Of a stretch of DNA of 64,000 nt, positions 32,843 to 41,816 are shown in pieces; position 1 is the stretch's first letter; each line of letters starts with the position of its first letter. The position numbers and the translations under genes were made by a program. The stretch spans positions 214,241 to 278,240 of the forward strand of contig CAVTYC010000003.1 of the NCBI GenBank assembly GCA_963738855.1, given 5' to 3'. The DNA is from an uncultured Acidobacteriaceae bacterium. Its GTDB lineage: Bacteria; Acidobacteriota; Terriglobia; Terriglobales; Acidobacteriaceae. The notes under the pieces are model-generated. The model made no database searches. It had not been told where the DNA came from and saw only the letters and a list, made by a program, of their open reading frames with translations.

Positions 32843-33928
32843 TCAGGTTTGATTGCGGAAGAGGCGGATTTCGCGGGGAGAGCGTTCGGCGCGAAGGTTG
32901 TCAGCGAGATGCAGGGAGGATCCGGGGCGGGAGGAGACCGTGGGGATGGTCTGGAATCCGCAGAGGGCGAGGAGACGGGCGGTCTCGTCGAAGCTGAGGC
33001 GGGCGCCAAGCTGGCGGGCGGCGGCACGGAGGACTCGGCGGCGTAGGGCTGGGTCGAGGGGCCGGAGGCGGTCGATTTCGATGGAGATGGCGGATTCGCC
33101 GGGGGTGGTGCTGACGGCGCGGCCTCCTCCGCGGACGGGCTTGCCGGGGAGCAGGAGCTGGGGGAGGAGGCGGCTGAGCTCGGCCTGCCAGCGGGACTCT
33201 TCTTCGCGGGCAAGTTCGGCGAGGTTGGCTAAGGTGTAGTCGATGCTGGGGTTGTAGTCGCGGAGCTGGGGCATGAGGTGGTGGCGGATGCGGTTGCGGG
33301 TGTAGGCGGTGTCGGTGTTGGTGGAGTCTTCCTGCCAGGGCTGGTTGGATTGCTTGAGGAAGGACTCGATGTCGGCGCGGCGGGTTTGGAGGAAGGGGCG
33401 GAGGATTTTTCCGGGGCGCTGGTTGGGATTGTTGACGGCGACTACAGGGTGGATGGCGGAGAGGCCCTCGGTCCAGGCGCCGCGGAGGAGCTTCATAAGG
33501 ACGGTTTCGGCCTGGTCGTCGAGGGTGTGGGCGGTGAGGACGGAGTCGGCCTGGCCGGAGGCGATGAGGGTGTGGAAGAAGTCGTAACGGATGGCGCGGG
33601 CGGCTTCTTCGATGGTCTCGGGATTTCCAGCGGCGCGGGTCTGGGCGACTCGGGCGGGGACGTTGGCTTGGTGGAGGTGAAGGGGGATGTCGAGGCTAGT
33701 GCAAAGGGCTTCGACGAAGTGGCGGTCGGCGGCGGATTCTTTGGGGAGGCGGATGCCGTGGTCGACGTGCGCGGCGGAGAGGCCTACGCCTAGGGAGTCG
33801 CGCTTGGTGGTGTTGGCGGCGTGGAGGGTGAGGAGGAGGGCTACGGAGTCGGCTCCGCCGGAGATGGCTACGCAGATGCGGTCGCCGGGGTGGATGTGGG
33901 TGCGGTCGAAGGCGAGGGCAGAAAGCAT
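32843..33928 (-). CDS. tilS: tRNA(Ile)-lysidine synthase
   Basis: SGGADS PP-loop, HVDHGIR, AHTLDDQAET, RPFL, EDSTN, RNRIR; upstream of ftsH. Confidence 0.96.
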   Translation of the reverse strand: MLSALAFDRTHIHPGDRICVAISGGADSVALLLTLHAANTTKRDSLGVGLSAAHVDHGIRLPKESAADRHFVEALCTSLDIPLHLHQANVPARVAQTRAAGNPETIEEAARAIRYDFFHTLIASGQADSVLTAHTLDDQAETVLMKLLRGAWTEGLSAIHPVVAVNNPNQRPGKILRPFLQTRRADIESFLKQSNQPWQEDSTNTDTAYTRNRIRHHLMPQLRDYNPSIDYTLANLAELAREEESRWQAELSRLLPQLLLPGKPVRGGGRAVSTTPGESAISIEIDRLRPLDPALRRRVLRAAARQLGARLSFDETARLLALCGFQTIPTVSSRPGSSLHLADNLRAERSPREIRLFRNQT

Positions 33929-34221
33929 TGCACTTATGTTAGTTGGTCGGATACGGCCCTTGACCGAACGTCGCATCATTTGTGTACGCACTTGAGTATG
34001 CTCGTTGATGTGATCTCATTCGGTGACAGGTACAAGCAAGCCATTCTCTGCGTTGTTTTGTCGCTTTCCATCCTCATTCCCACGGTGAGCTGTGCTGGTT
34101 CCTTAGATTCAAATAGCCGATTGGCTCAGGTCTCTCTACTCAGATTGAACCAAGAGAAGAAAATGATTTTCAACCGATTTCGGAACACGGTTTCGTTCTC
34201 GTTGCGATTAGGGATTGTTCG

Positions 34222-34623
34222 TTGCTCATCAACGGTCAAAGCACACGAATGAAGGCTGGTGATCACAAGACGATTCCCGGCCAACAGAGTTTGGAGCTTG
34301 CCCAATCTGATCCCGCGCCTGTTCCGCTTATCCTCATCAAGGTTGTTACAGCAACTCAGCCCCTCAGCATCGAAAAGACGACTCTTGCTCGCAATCAAGA
34401 ATTGGAAGATGCGAGTGACAGGAACACTACTCTATTGATCGCAATCGTTCCTTTGCGGCTTAGTGATGTGCGCGACCTGGCTGATCCAGATGAGCACTGG
34501 AAATCTGGTTCTCAAAAGACAATTGAGCTTCAGCAAGGTCAAACAGTCTGGCTTATGCGAGGCATGCACCGTCTTCGCAACTCCGGGAATACTACGATTC
34601 GATTTGTCACAGTTGAATGGTAG
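34222..34623 (+). CDS. Hypothetical cupin-like protein, possibly the C-terminal part of a frameshifted gene starting near 33998
   Basis: C-terminal GQTVW-RGMHRLRNSG-IRFVTVEW cupin-like pattern; upstream signal-like ORF in another frame. Confidence 0.4.
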   Translation: MLINGQSTRMKAGDHKTIPGQQSLELAQSDPAPVPLILIKVVTATQPLSIEKTTLARNQELEDASDRNTTLLIAIVPLRLSDVRDLADPDEHWKSGSQKTIELQQGQTVWLMRGMHRLRNSGNTTIRFVTVEW

Positions 34624-34695
34624 CGAGTGGATGATCCTGAGGATCTCGAGTAGTCCCCACGAGATGGAACACGTATCTTGTATACTCCGGTGGTT

Positions 34696-35406
34696 ATGCG
34701 AGTTTTTGTGATTCTTCCTGCAGCGGGTATTGGGACGCGGATGGCCGCGGGTGGTGCGTCGACGGTGGCGCCGAAACAGTTTCTTGAGATTGGCGGTGTG
34801 CCGGTGCTGATCCGGTCGCTGCGGGCGTTTTTGGCGGTGCCTCGGGTGGATGCGGTTTGTGTTGCTGTGCGCGGCGCAGAGAAGGATCGGGTGGAGGCTC
34901 AGGTGGCCGAGTACAAGCTGGGGCCGCTGGTGCATATGGTCGAGGGCGGTGATCATCGGCAGGAGTCGGTGGGGAATGCGCTGGCTGCGCTCGAGTGCGA
35001 TGAAGACGATGTCGTGCTGGTGCATGATGCGGTAAGGCCGCTGATCGATCCGGCGACGATTGAGCGGACGATCGATGCGGTTGTGAAGCATGGCGCGGCG
35101 ATTGTTGGTCTGCCGGCGGTGGATACGATCAAGCAGGTGGAGCGGACGGCCGATGGCGCGATTGTGACAGCGACGATTCCGCGAGAACGGATTGTGCATG
35201 CGCAAACTCCCCAGGGCGCACGGGTTGGGTTGTTGCGACGGGCCTATCTGGAGGCCGAAGCGGATGGATTTGCTGGGACGGATGAGGCTAGTTTGCTGGA
35301 GCGGGCGGGGATTGAGGTGGCTGTCGTGCCGGGGTCGGCGAAGAACTTTAAGATTACGCAGCCGGGGGATATTGAACTGGCAGAGTTCTACCTCGGAAAG
35401 GCGTAA
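34696..35406 (+). CDS. ispD: 2-C-methyl-D-erythritol 4-phosphate cytidylyltransferase
   Basis: PAAGIGTRM, PKQF, RQESV, VHDAVRP, QTPQ, NFKIT. Confidence 0.96.
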   Translation: MRVFVILPAAGIGTRMAAGGASTVAPKQFLEIGGVPVLIRSLRAFLAVPRVDAVCVAVRGAEKDRVEAQVAEYKLGPLVHMVEGGDHRQESVGNALAALECDEDDVVLVHDAVRPLIDPATIERTIDAVVKHGAAIVGLPAVDTIKQVERTADGAIVTATIPRERIVHAQTPQGARVGLLRRAYLEAEADGFAGTDEASLLERAGIEVAVVPGSAKNFKITQPGDIELAEFYLGKA

Positions 35407-35500
35407 CGGTGATCAAAAGGATGAAGGCTGATAAAAACTAAAACGATAAAGACTAAAAGACAAAATAAAGGTAAAAGCAAAGACGTTATTTGGGGGCTTG

Positions 35501-35938
35501 ATGGAGAAGTTGTCGCTCGACCGGAAGGTTGAATTTTCTGGTGCGAACGATCCGCTGACCGAACGGATCATTCGGGTGTTTTATGAGGTTTATAACGAGC
35601 TTGGATTTGGATTTCTTGAATCGGTTTACCGGGCGGCTATGTGCATTGCGCTTGCAGAGGCTGGATTTCGAGCGGAAGCCGAGGCGCCTGTTCCTGTTAG
35701 CTTTCGCGGAACACTTGTTGGTGTATTTCGGGCCGATATTGTTGTGGATGGAAAGATCATCGTCGAGTTGAAGACTGCGGAATCGATCAGCAAGGCGCAT
35801 GAGGCCCAGGTGCTGCACTATCTGCGTGCTTCCGAGATGGAAGTTGGGTTGGTCATGAACTTCGGGCCGGTTGCCAAATTTCGGCGGATTGAGATGCGGA
35901 ATGACCGGAAGAAGAGAATGTTGATGGAGCCCCTCTAA
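35501..35938 (+). CDS. GxxExxY protein (PD-(D/E)xK-like nuclease)
   Basis: LGFGFLESVY, RADIVV, IVELK, AQVLHYL, GLVMNFG. Confidence 0.92.
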   Translation: MEKLSLDRKVEFSGANDPLTERIIRVFYEVYNELGFGFLESVYRAAMCIALAEAGFRAEAEAPVPVSFRGTLVGVFRADIVVDGKIIVELKTAESISKAHEAQVLHYLRASEMEVGLVMNFGPVAKFRRIEMRNDRKKRMLMEPL

Positions 35939-35964
35939 CGCTCTGGGACATGGGAAGATAACGT

Positions 35965-36579
35965 ATGGGTATGAGAATTGGATATGGGTTTGACTCGCAT
36001 GCGTTCAAGCCCGGCGTGCCGCTGGTGATTGGCGGGTTGGCGATTGAACATCCGGAGGGGCTGGCTGGCCACTCGGATGGGGATGTGTTGCTGCATGCGA
36101 TTACGGATGCTTTGCTGGGCGCAGTTTCGGCGGGGGATATTGGGACCTTCTTTCCGCCGAGCGATCCGCGGTGGAAGGGTGCGGCTTCGAGTGTGTTTTT
36201 GCAGACGGCGCTCGAAGAGGTGGCGACGGCGGGGTACAAGATCGTCAATATCGATACGGTGCTGGTGCTGGCTCAGCCGAAGATTGTTCCGATTGCCGGT
36301 GAGTTGCGGGAGCGTGTGGCCGAGCTGCTGGGCGTGAAGCCGGGCGAGGTCGGGATCAAGGCCAAGACGCCTGAGGGGTTGAATCAGGACCATGTTGCGG
36401 TGGCGCATGCGACGGTGCTGCTGGAGAGTGTTGGGCTTGCCGAATCGCCTGCTCGGATGACGGCTACGGCCGATGTCGAGGATGAGATCGATCAGGTGGT
36501 GAAGGGGCTTGTGGGCGGGGCGCGCGATGTGTCGGCGCTGGGGCGGAAGCCTGCGTTTGATACGGATGATCTGACTTAG
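35965..36579 (+). CDS. ispF: 2-C-methyl-D-erythritol 2,4-cyclodiphosphate synthase with acidic C-terminal extension
   Basis: RIGYGFDSH, GHSDGDVLLHAITDALLGA, GDIG, IKAKT-E. Confidence 0.96.
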   Translation: MGMRIGYGFDSHAFKPGVPLVIGGLAIEHPEGLAGHSDGDVLLHAITDALLGAVSAGDIGTFFPPSDPRWKGAASSVFLQTALEEVATAGYKIVNIDTVLVLAQPKIVPIAGELRERVAELLGVKPGEVGIKAKTPEGLNQDHVAVAHATVLLESVGLAESPARMTATADVEDEIDQVVKGLVGGARDVSALGRKPAFDTDDLT

Positions 36580-36612
36580 GGCGGCTGATTATGTCTGCTG
36601 GCCTGTACGAAG

Positions 36613-36854
36613 CATTCCCTCAGGGGCTAAAGCCCCTTTGAATTTTGCTGTACTAGCGGCGTGGCTGAAGCCACGCCCTTTCAAAGCAGACTTCTTCAGC
36701 GCCTTTTGAAGCCATGCCCTTTCAAAGCGAAGACTTTTCAGCGCCTTCCGAAGTCATCCCCTTTCAAGGCGAAGACTTTTTTCAGCGCCTTTTGAAGCCA
36801 TGCCCTTTCAAAGCAGACTTTTCAGTGCCTTTTGAAGCCATGCCCTTTCAAGCC
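36613..36854. repeat. REP-like doublet followed by about 4.5 degenerate 40-44-bp tandem units
   Basis: GGGGCTAAAGCCCC and GGCGTGGCTGAAGCCACGCC hairpins; units starting GAAG at 36667, 36708, 36750, 36794, 36834. Confidence 0.85.
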
Positions 36855-36880
36855 ACGACTTAATGACCTTTCTTAGTTTT

Positions 36881-37552
36881 CTATGTGTCGGCTTTGACTA
36901 TTGCCAGAGCAAATCCGTCGTAGCCTTTGCTTCCGAGGGTTTGGATTGCTGTTGCGTCAAGCCGCGGGTGGGTTCCGAGCTTTTCGAAGAAGAGGCGGGT
37001 TCCGGTAACTCTCGGGTCGGTGGAGTCTGCTTTGAGGATGTCGCCTTCGCGAATCACGTTATCGCCGATGATGACCGTACCCGGGCGGGCGAGTTTCATG
37101 GCCCACTCGAGGTAGACAGGGTTGTTGGGTTTATCGGCGTCGAGGAAGATGAAGTCGAAGGTTGCGCCTTCGGCGTGCAACTGAGCTAGGGAGTCGAGCG
37201 CGGGGCCGACTCTGAGGTCAACGAGTGGAGTCAGGCCTGCGCGGTGGATGTTTGTTGCGGCGATTCCGGCGTGTTTGGGGTCGAGTTCGAGGGTGACGAG
37301 TTTGCCGTCGGGTGGGAGTGCTCGTGCAAGCCAGATGGTGCTGTATCCGCCCAGCGTTCCGATTTCGAGAATTCGTTTGGCGCCTTGCATTCGGGCGAGG
37401 AGATGAAGGAGCTTGCCTTGGGTTGGGCTAACGTCAATTGACGGGAGGCCGGCACGTGCGTTCGCTTCGAGTACGTTATCGACGGTTTGATCGGCAGGGA
37501 TGAGGTTGCTTGTGATGTAGCGGTCAACTGCTGTCCAGAGGTCTTGATTCAT
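36881..37552 (-). CDS. O-methyltransferase (caffeoyl-CoA OMT-like)
   Basis: LEIGTLGGYST, FIFLDADK, DNV, KGYDGF. Confidence 0.93.
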   Translation of the reverse strand: MNQDLWTAVDRYITSNLIPADQTVDNVLEANARAGLPSIDVSPTQGKLLHLLARMQGAKRILEIGTLGGYSTIWLARALPPDGKLVTLELDPKHAGIAATNIHRAGLTPLVDLRVGPALDSLAQLHAEGATFDFIFLDADKPNNPVYLEWAMKLARPGTVIIGDNVIREGDILKADSTDPRVTGTRLFFEKLGTHPRLDATAIQTLGSKGYDGFALAIVKADT

Positions 37553-37611
37553 AATCGAAAGAATAGAGTTACATCGCTTGATGAGCAAACTTGCAGCGAT
37601 GAGGAGACGAG

Positions 37612-39499
37612 ATGCGGATTGCATGGGGCTTGATGGCGGCGATAGTTTGCGGTGGGATGATGCAGGCACAGACGGTTGCTCAGGCGAGTTTACAGCCTCG
37701 TGCGGGTGGGGCTGGGCCGTGTGTTCCGGTGGGTGATGCGGCGTGGCTGACTCCGGCGGAGAAGACGTGCTATGCGACGACTCCGGATTGCATGACGGAG
37801 ACGATGGCGTATCTGCGGCGGGTGCAGGCGGCGGCTCCGGGGCAGGTGAAGGTTGAGCCGTTCGGCAAGACGGGCGAAGGGCGGGATCTGGATATTGTGA
37901 TTGTCTCGCGGGATGGTGTGTTCGATCCGGCGGCGATTCATGCGGCGAAGCGGCCGATTGTGCTGGTGCAGAACTCGATCCATGCGGGTGAGATGGATGG
38001 CAAGGATGCTTGTCTTGCGTTGCTGCGGGATATGGTGATCTCGAAGACGAAGGCTGCGTTGCTGGAGCGGGCGGTGTTTGTGTTTATCCCGATCTATAAC
38101 GCGGATGGGCATGAGCGGCGGGGTGCTTATAACCGGATCAACCAGAATGGGCCGGAGGAGATGGGATGGCGCGGGAATGGGGCGAATCTGAATCTGAATC
38201 GGGATTATATGAAGGCGGATACGCCGGAGACACGGGCGTTTATGGCGATGTTTCATCGCTGGCTGCCGGATTTTTTTGTCGATGATCATGTGACGGATGG
38301 TGCGGATTATCAGTACGACGTGACGTTTACGATTGACGACGGGCCGAATCTGCCGAGCGGTACGGCGAAGTGGGTGGATGATGTTGCGACGCCGACGCTC
38401 GAGAAGTATGTGAATGATCATGGGCATCTGGCCGCGCCAACGTACATCACTCTGGTGAATGACAATGATCCGGCGCAGGGGCTGGGGTTCAATGAGAATC
38501 CGCCGCGATTTTCGACGGGGTACATGATCCTTGAGGGGCGGCCGGGGATGCTGGTCGAACTGCATATGCTGAAGGACTACAAGACTCGGGTGACGGGGAA
38601 CTACGAGATTCTTGCGGGCCTGATGGAGCTGATGAATCGCGATGCGGATAAGGTGATTGCGCTGAATGCGGCGGCGGATAAAGAGGCCGAGGGGATGGGG
38701 GCGCATCCGCTGAGCAATGTGAAGTATCCGCTGGCGCTGGGTTGGGGTGGGCAGACGACGCCGTTTCTGTTTCGCGGCTATGCGTTTCAGCGGTCGCTGA
38801 GTGAGGTTTCGGGTGCGATGTGGGTGAAGTACTCGCATGAGCCATGGAATGTGTCGTTGCCGTTTCAGACGGGGTTCAAGGTGACGGCGGAGACGACGCT
38901 TCCGGCGGCCTATATCATTCCTGCCCAGTGGACGAAGGTGATCGATGTGCTGGCGGCGCACCAGGTGGAGATGGAGCGGACGACGGCGGCGTGGTCGGGC
39001 GATGTGGAGACGTATCAGTGCGCGGGGATGACGTGGCAGGAGCCTCCGTTTGAGGGGCGGCATCCGACGTTCAATGGAGAGGCGATTCGGAATCCGGGGA
39101 AGTTTGGGAGCTGCGTGCTGGTGCGGGAGAAGATGAGTTTTCCGGCGGGGTCGGCGGTGGTTCGGCTGAATCAGCGGCTGTCGCGGGTTGCGGTGCAGTG
39201 GCTGGAGCCGGCGGGGCCTGACTCGGCGCTGCAGTGGGGGTTCTTCGATCCGATCTTCGAGCAGAAGGAGTATGGCGAGGCGTATGTGCTGGAGGCGCTG
39301 GCTCGGGAGATGATGGCGAAGGATCCGAAGCTGAAGGCTGAGTTCGAGAAGAAGGTGGCGAAACGATCCGGCGTTTGCGGGGAATCCTATGGCTCGGCTC
39401 GAGTTTTTCTTTGAGCGGTCGCCGTGGTTTGCGGCGAATCGGGTGGGGCTGTATCCAGTGGGAAGGCTGGGGAGTTTGGATGGGGTGCCAGTTCGGTGA
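37612..39499 (+). CDS. M14 family metallopeptidase; apparent extra A near 39361
   Basis: IHAGE, NADG, NLNRD, DDHVTDG; shifted frame continues NDPAFAGNPMARLEFF...YPVGRL to TGA 39497-39499. Confidence 0.88.
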
Positions 39500-39822
39500 G
39501 ATTTCCTGAAAGCAGATCAAAAGGAACGAAGAACATACTTGCGACCTGTTCGGGGTTTACACCTGTTGCAATCAACTTCTGAACCATCGCCATCTGTTGT
39601 GCTTTGTAATGTTCACTCGGTACGAACTGCTCGGCTATGAAGTCGCTCTGTGCTCCCATACCTCGGCGGTCGGGATAACCTCTCTGCTTAGCCATACCGT
39701 ACCCTCGTCATCGGATTGTACGACTGGGAATATAAAACTGCGCTACCAGCTAGGAATGCCTTGGATCGGGGCACTTTCGCGGGTAGACTGCGGATATCTT
39801 GAAATTTCTTCAGAGGGACTTA

Positions 39823-41745
39823 ATGAGGATCAGGCTTGGGCTGGTAGTGGTGTGTCTTTTGGCGGCTGTGCGTGGTGTGTCCGCGCAGGCTCCTGCGGCG
39901 GCGGATGATTTCGTGAAGACGCATTATGCAAAGTATGAGTATCGGATTCCGATGCGGGATGGGGTGAAGCTGTTTGCTTCGGTGTATGTGCCGCAGGCTG
40001 GAGCGTTCAAGGATGCGGGGCCTTATCCGTTTTTGATGACGCGGACGCCTTATAGCTGCGCTCCTTATGGCGAGGATAAGTTTCCGGCGAGGATTGGGCC
40101 TAGCCAGGAGTTGATGGAGTCGGGGTACATCTTTGTTTGCGAGGATGCGCGTGGGAGGACGGCAAGCGAGGGTGTGTTTCAGGAGATGAATCCGCATATC
40201 GATGAGAAGAAGTCGGCGAAGGATGTGGATGAGTCGAGCGATATGTACGACACGGTGGAGTTCCTGCTGAAGCATGTGCCGAACAATAACGGCAAGGTGG
40301 GGATTACGGGCATCAGCTACCCGGGGTTCTATACGTCGGCGAGCATTATCGATTCGCATCCGGCGATCAAGGCGGCCAGTCCGCAGGCTCCGATGACGAA
40401 TCTGTTCTTCAATGACGATGGGTACCATGGTGGAGCGTTTATGCTGGGCGCGAACTATGGGTTCTATCGGTTTTTTGCTCCGCAGAAGAACCCGGTGATT
40501 CCGACGGGTGGGCCGAGGGGCGGTGGTGGTTCGCCGGATGAGAATCCGGATACGTATGCGACGCTGCTGGCTGCGGGGCCGACGGGGAATCTGGATACGG
40601 GCAAGGAGTATCTGAACGGCAGCAACTGGTTGTTTCACGATCAGGTGATGCACACGACGTATGACGATTATTGGAAGAAGCGTGATCTGTCGAAGCATAT
40701 GAAGGGCGTGCATGCGGCGGTGATGACGGTTGGCGGATGGTTCGATGCAGAGGATCTGTCGGGGCCGTTCAAGACCTTTCATGCGATTGATGAGTTCAAT
40801 CCGGGTGCGGTGAATACGCTGGTGATCGGGCCGTGGACGCATGGCGGATGGTCGCGGACGGATGGCGATCATCTGGGCGATGTAACGTTCAATTCGAAGA
40901 CGTCGCAGTTCTATCGGGCGAAGATTGAGTATCCGTTCTTTGAGTACTACCTGAAGGGTGTGCATGGCGGTCCGCTGCCTAAGGCGTACGTGTTCGAGAC
41001 GGGAAGCAATGCGTGGAAGACGTATGATGCGTGGCCTCCGAAGCCTGCGGTGGCGAAGACGCTTTACTTCCATGCTGGTGGGAAGTTGAGCTTCGATGCG
41101 CCGACGGAGAAGGCCGGCGTGGATGAGTATGTGAGCGATCCGGCGCATCCGGTGCCGTTTGTTGGGTATCCGACGGATACGGTCCCGCAGCGTTACATGG
41201 CGGATGACCAGCGGTTCGCTGCAACCCGGCCGGATGTTCTGGTGTACATGTCGGAGCCGCTGAAGGAGGACGTGACGATCGTCGGGCCGGTGCGGCCGAA
41301 GCTGAAGATTGCTTCGACGGGAACGGACTCGGACTTTGTGGTGAAGCTGATCGATGTGTATCCGTATGACTATCCGGGGAGTGCTGATGCGGGGAACAAG
41401 CGCGTTGTGGGTGCAGCTCCAGTGGTGATGGGCGGGTATCAGCAGCTGGTGCGTGGCGAGCCGATGCGGGCGAAGTTCCGCGATAGCTGGGAGAAGCCGA
41501 CCCCGCTGGTTCCGGGCAAGGTCGCCAGCGTGAACGCGGAGATGCCGGACATCAACCACACGTTCCGCGCGGGGCACCGGATTATGGTGCAGGTGCAGAG
41601 CTCGTGGTTCCCGCTGGTGGATCGGAATCCGCAGACGTTTGTGGATATTCCGCTGGCCAAGCCGGAGCAGTTTGTGAAGGCTACGGAGAGCGTCTACCGT
41701 AATGCGGATGCGGCGAGTGGAGTTGAAGTGCTCGTGATGCCGTAG
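39823..41745 (+). CDS. CocE/NonD family hydrolase (alpha-amino acid ester hydrolase-like)
   Basis: PMRDGVKL, RTPY, GISYPGF, GGWFDAED, GPWTHG. Confidence 0.93.
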   Translation: MRIRLGLVVVCLLAAVRGVSAQAPAAADDFVKTHYAKYEYRIPMRDGVKLFASVYVPQAGAFKDAGPYPFLMTRTPYSCAPYGEDKFPARIGPSQELMESGYIFVCEDARGRTASEGVFQEMNPHIDEKKSAKDVDESSDMYDTVEFLLKHVPNNNGKVGITGISYPGFYTSASIIDSHPAIKAASPQAPMTNLFFNDDGYHGGAFMLGANYGFYRFFAPQKNPVIPTGGPRGGGGSPDENPDTYATLLAAGPTGNLDTGKEYLNGSNWLFHDQVMHTTYDDYWKKRDLSKHMKGVHAAVMTVGGWFDAEDLSGPFKTFHAIDEFNPGAVNTLVIGPWTHGGWSRTDGDHLGDVTFNSKTSQFYRAKIEYPFFEYYLKGVHGGPLPKAYVFETGSNAWKTYDAWPPKPAVAKTLYFHAGGKLSFDAPTEKAGVDEYVSDPAHPVPFVGYPTDTVPQRYMADDQRFAATRPDVLVYMSEPLKEDVTIVGPVRPKLKIASTGTDSDFVVKLIDVYPYDYPGSADAGNKRVVGAAPVVMGGYQQLVRGEPMRAKFRDSWEKPTPLVPGKVASVNAEMPDINHTFRAGHRIMVQVQSSWFPLVDRNPQTFVDIPLAKPEQFVKATESVYRNADAASGVEVLVMP

Positions 41746-41772
41746 CCATTTGTTAGGGCATGGCGGAAATAG

Positions 41773-41807
41773 AAAGGGCGGCAGGGATTACATCCTGCCG
41801 CCCTTTT
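41773..41807. terminator. Bidirectional intrinsic terminator
   Basis: AAAGGGCGGCAGG...CCTGCCGCCCTTTT between convergent genes. Confidence 0.88.
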
Positions 41808-41816
41808 GTTGTGGGA

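Noticed and set aside
36667-36854. CRISPR array
   Set aside because: The intervening segments are near-identical rather than unique spacers, the units are degenerate, and there are no cas genes in the window.
39355-39365. Programmed frameshift in the M14 peptidase
   Set aside because: A single extra A in a short run restores a normal C-terminus when removed; likely a sequencing error.
39387-39695. 102-aa minus-strand ORF
   Set aside because: It overlaps the corrected M14 C-terminus and has no recognisable motif. It could be real but is unsupported.
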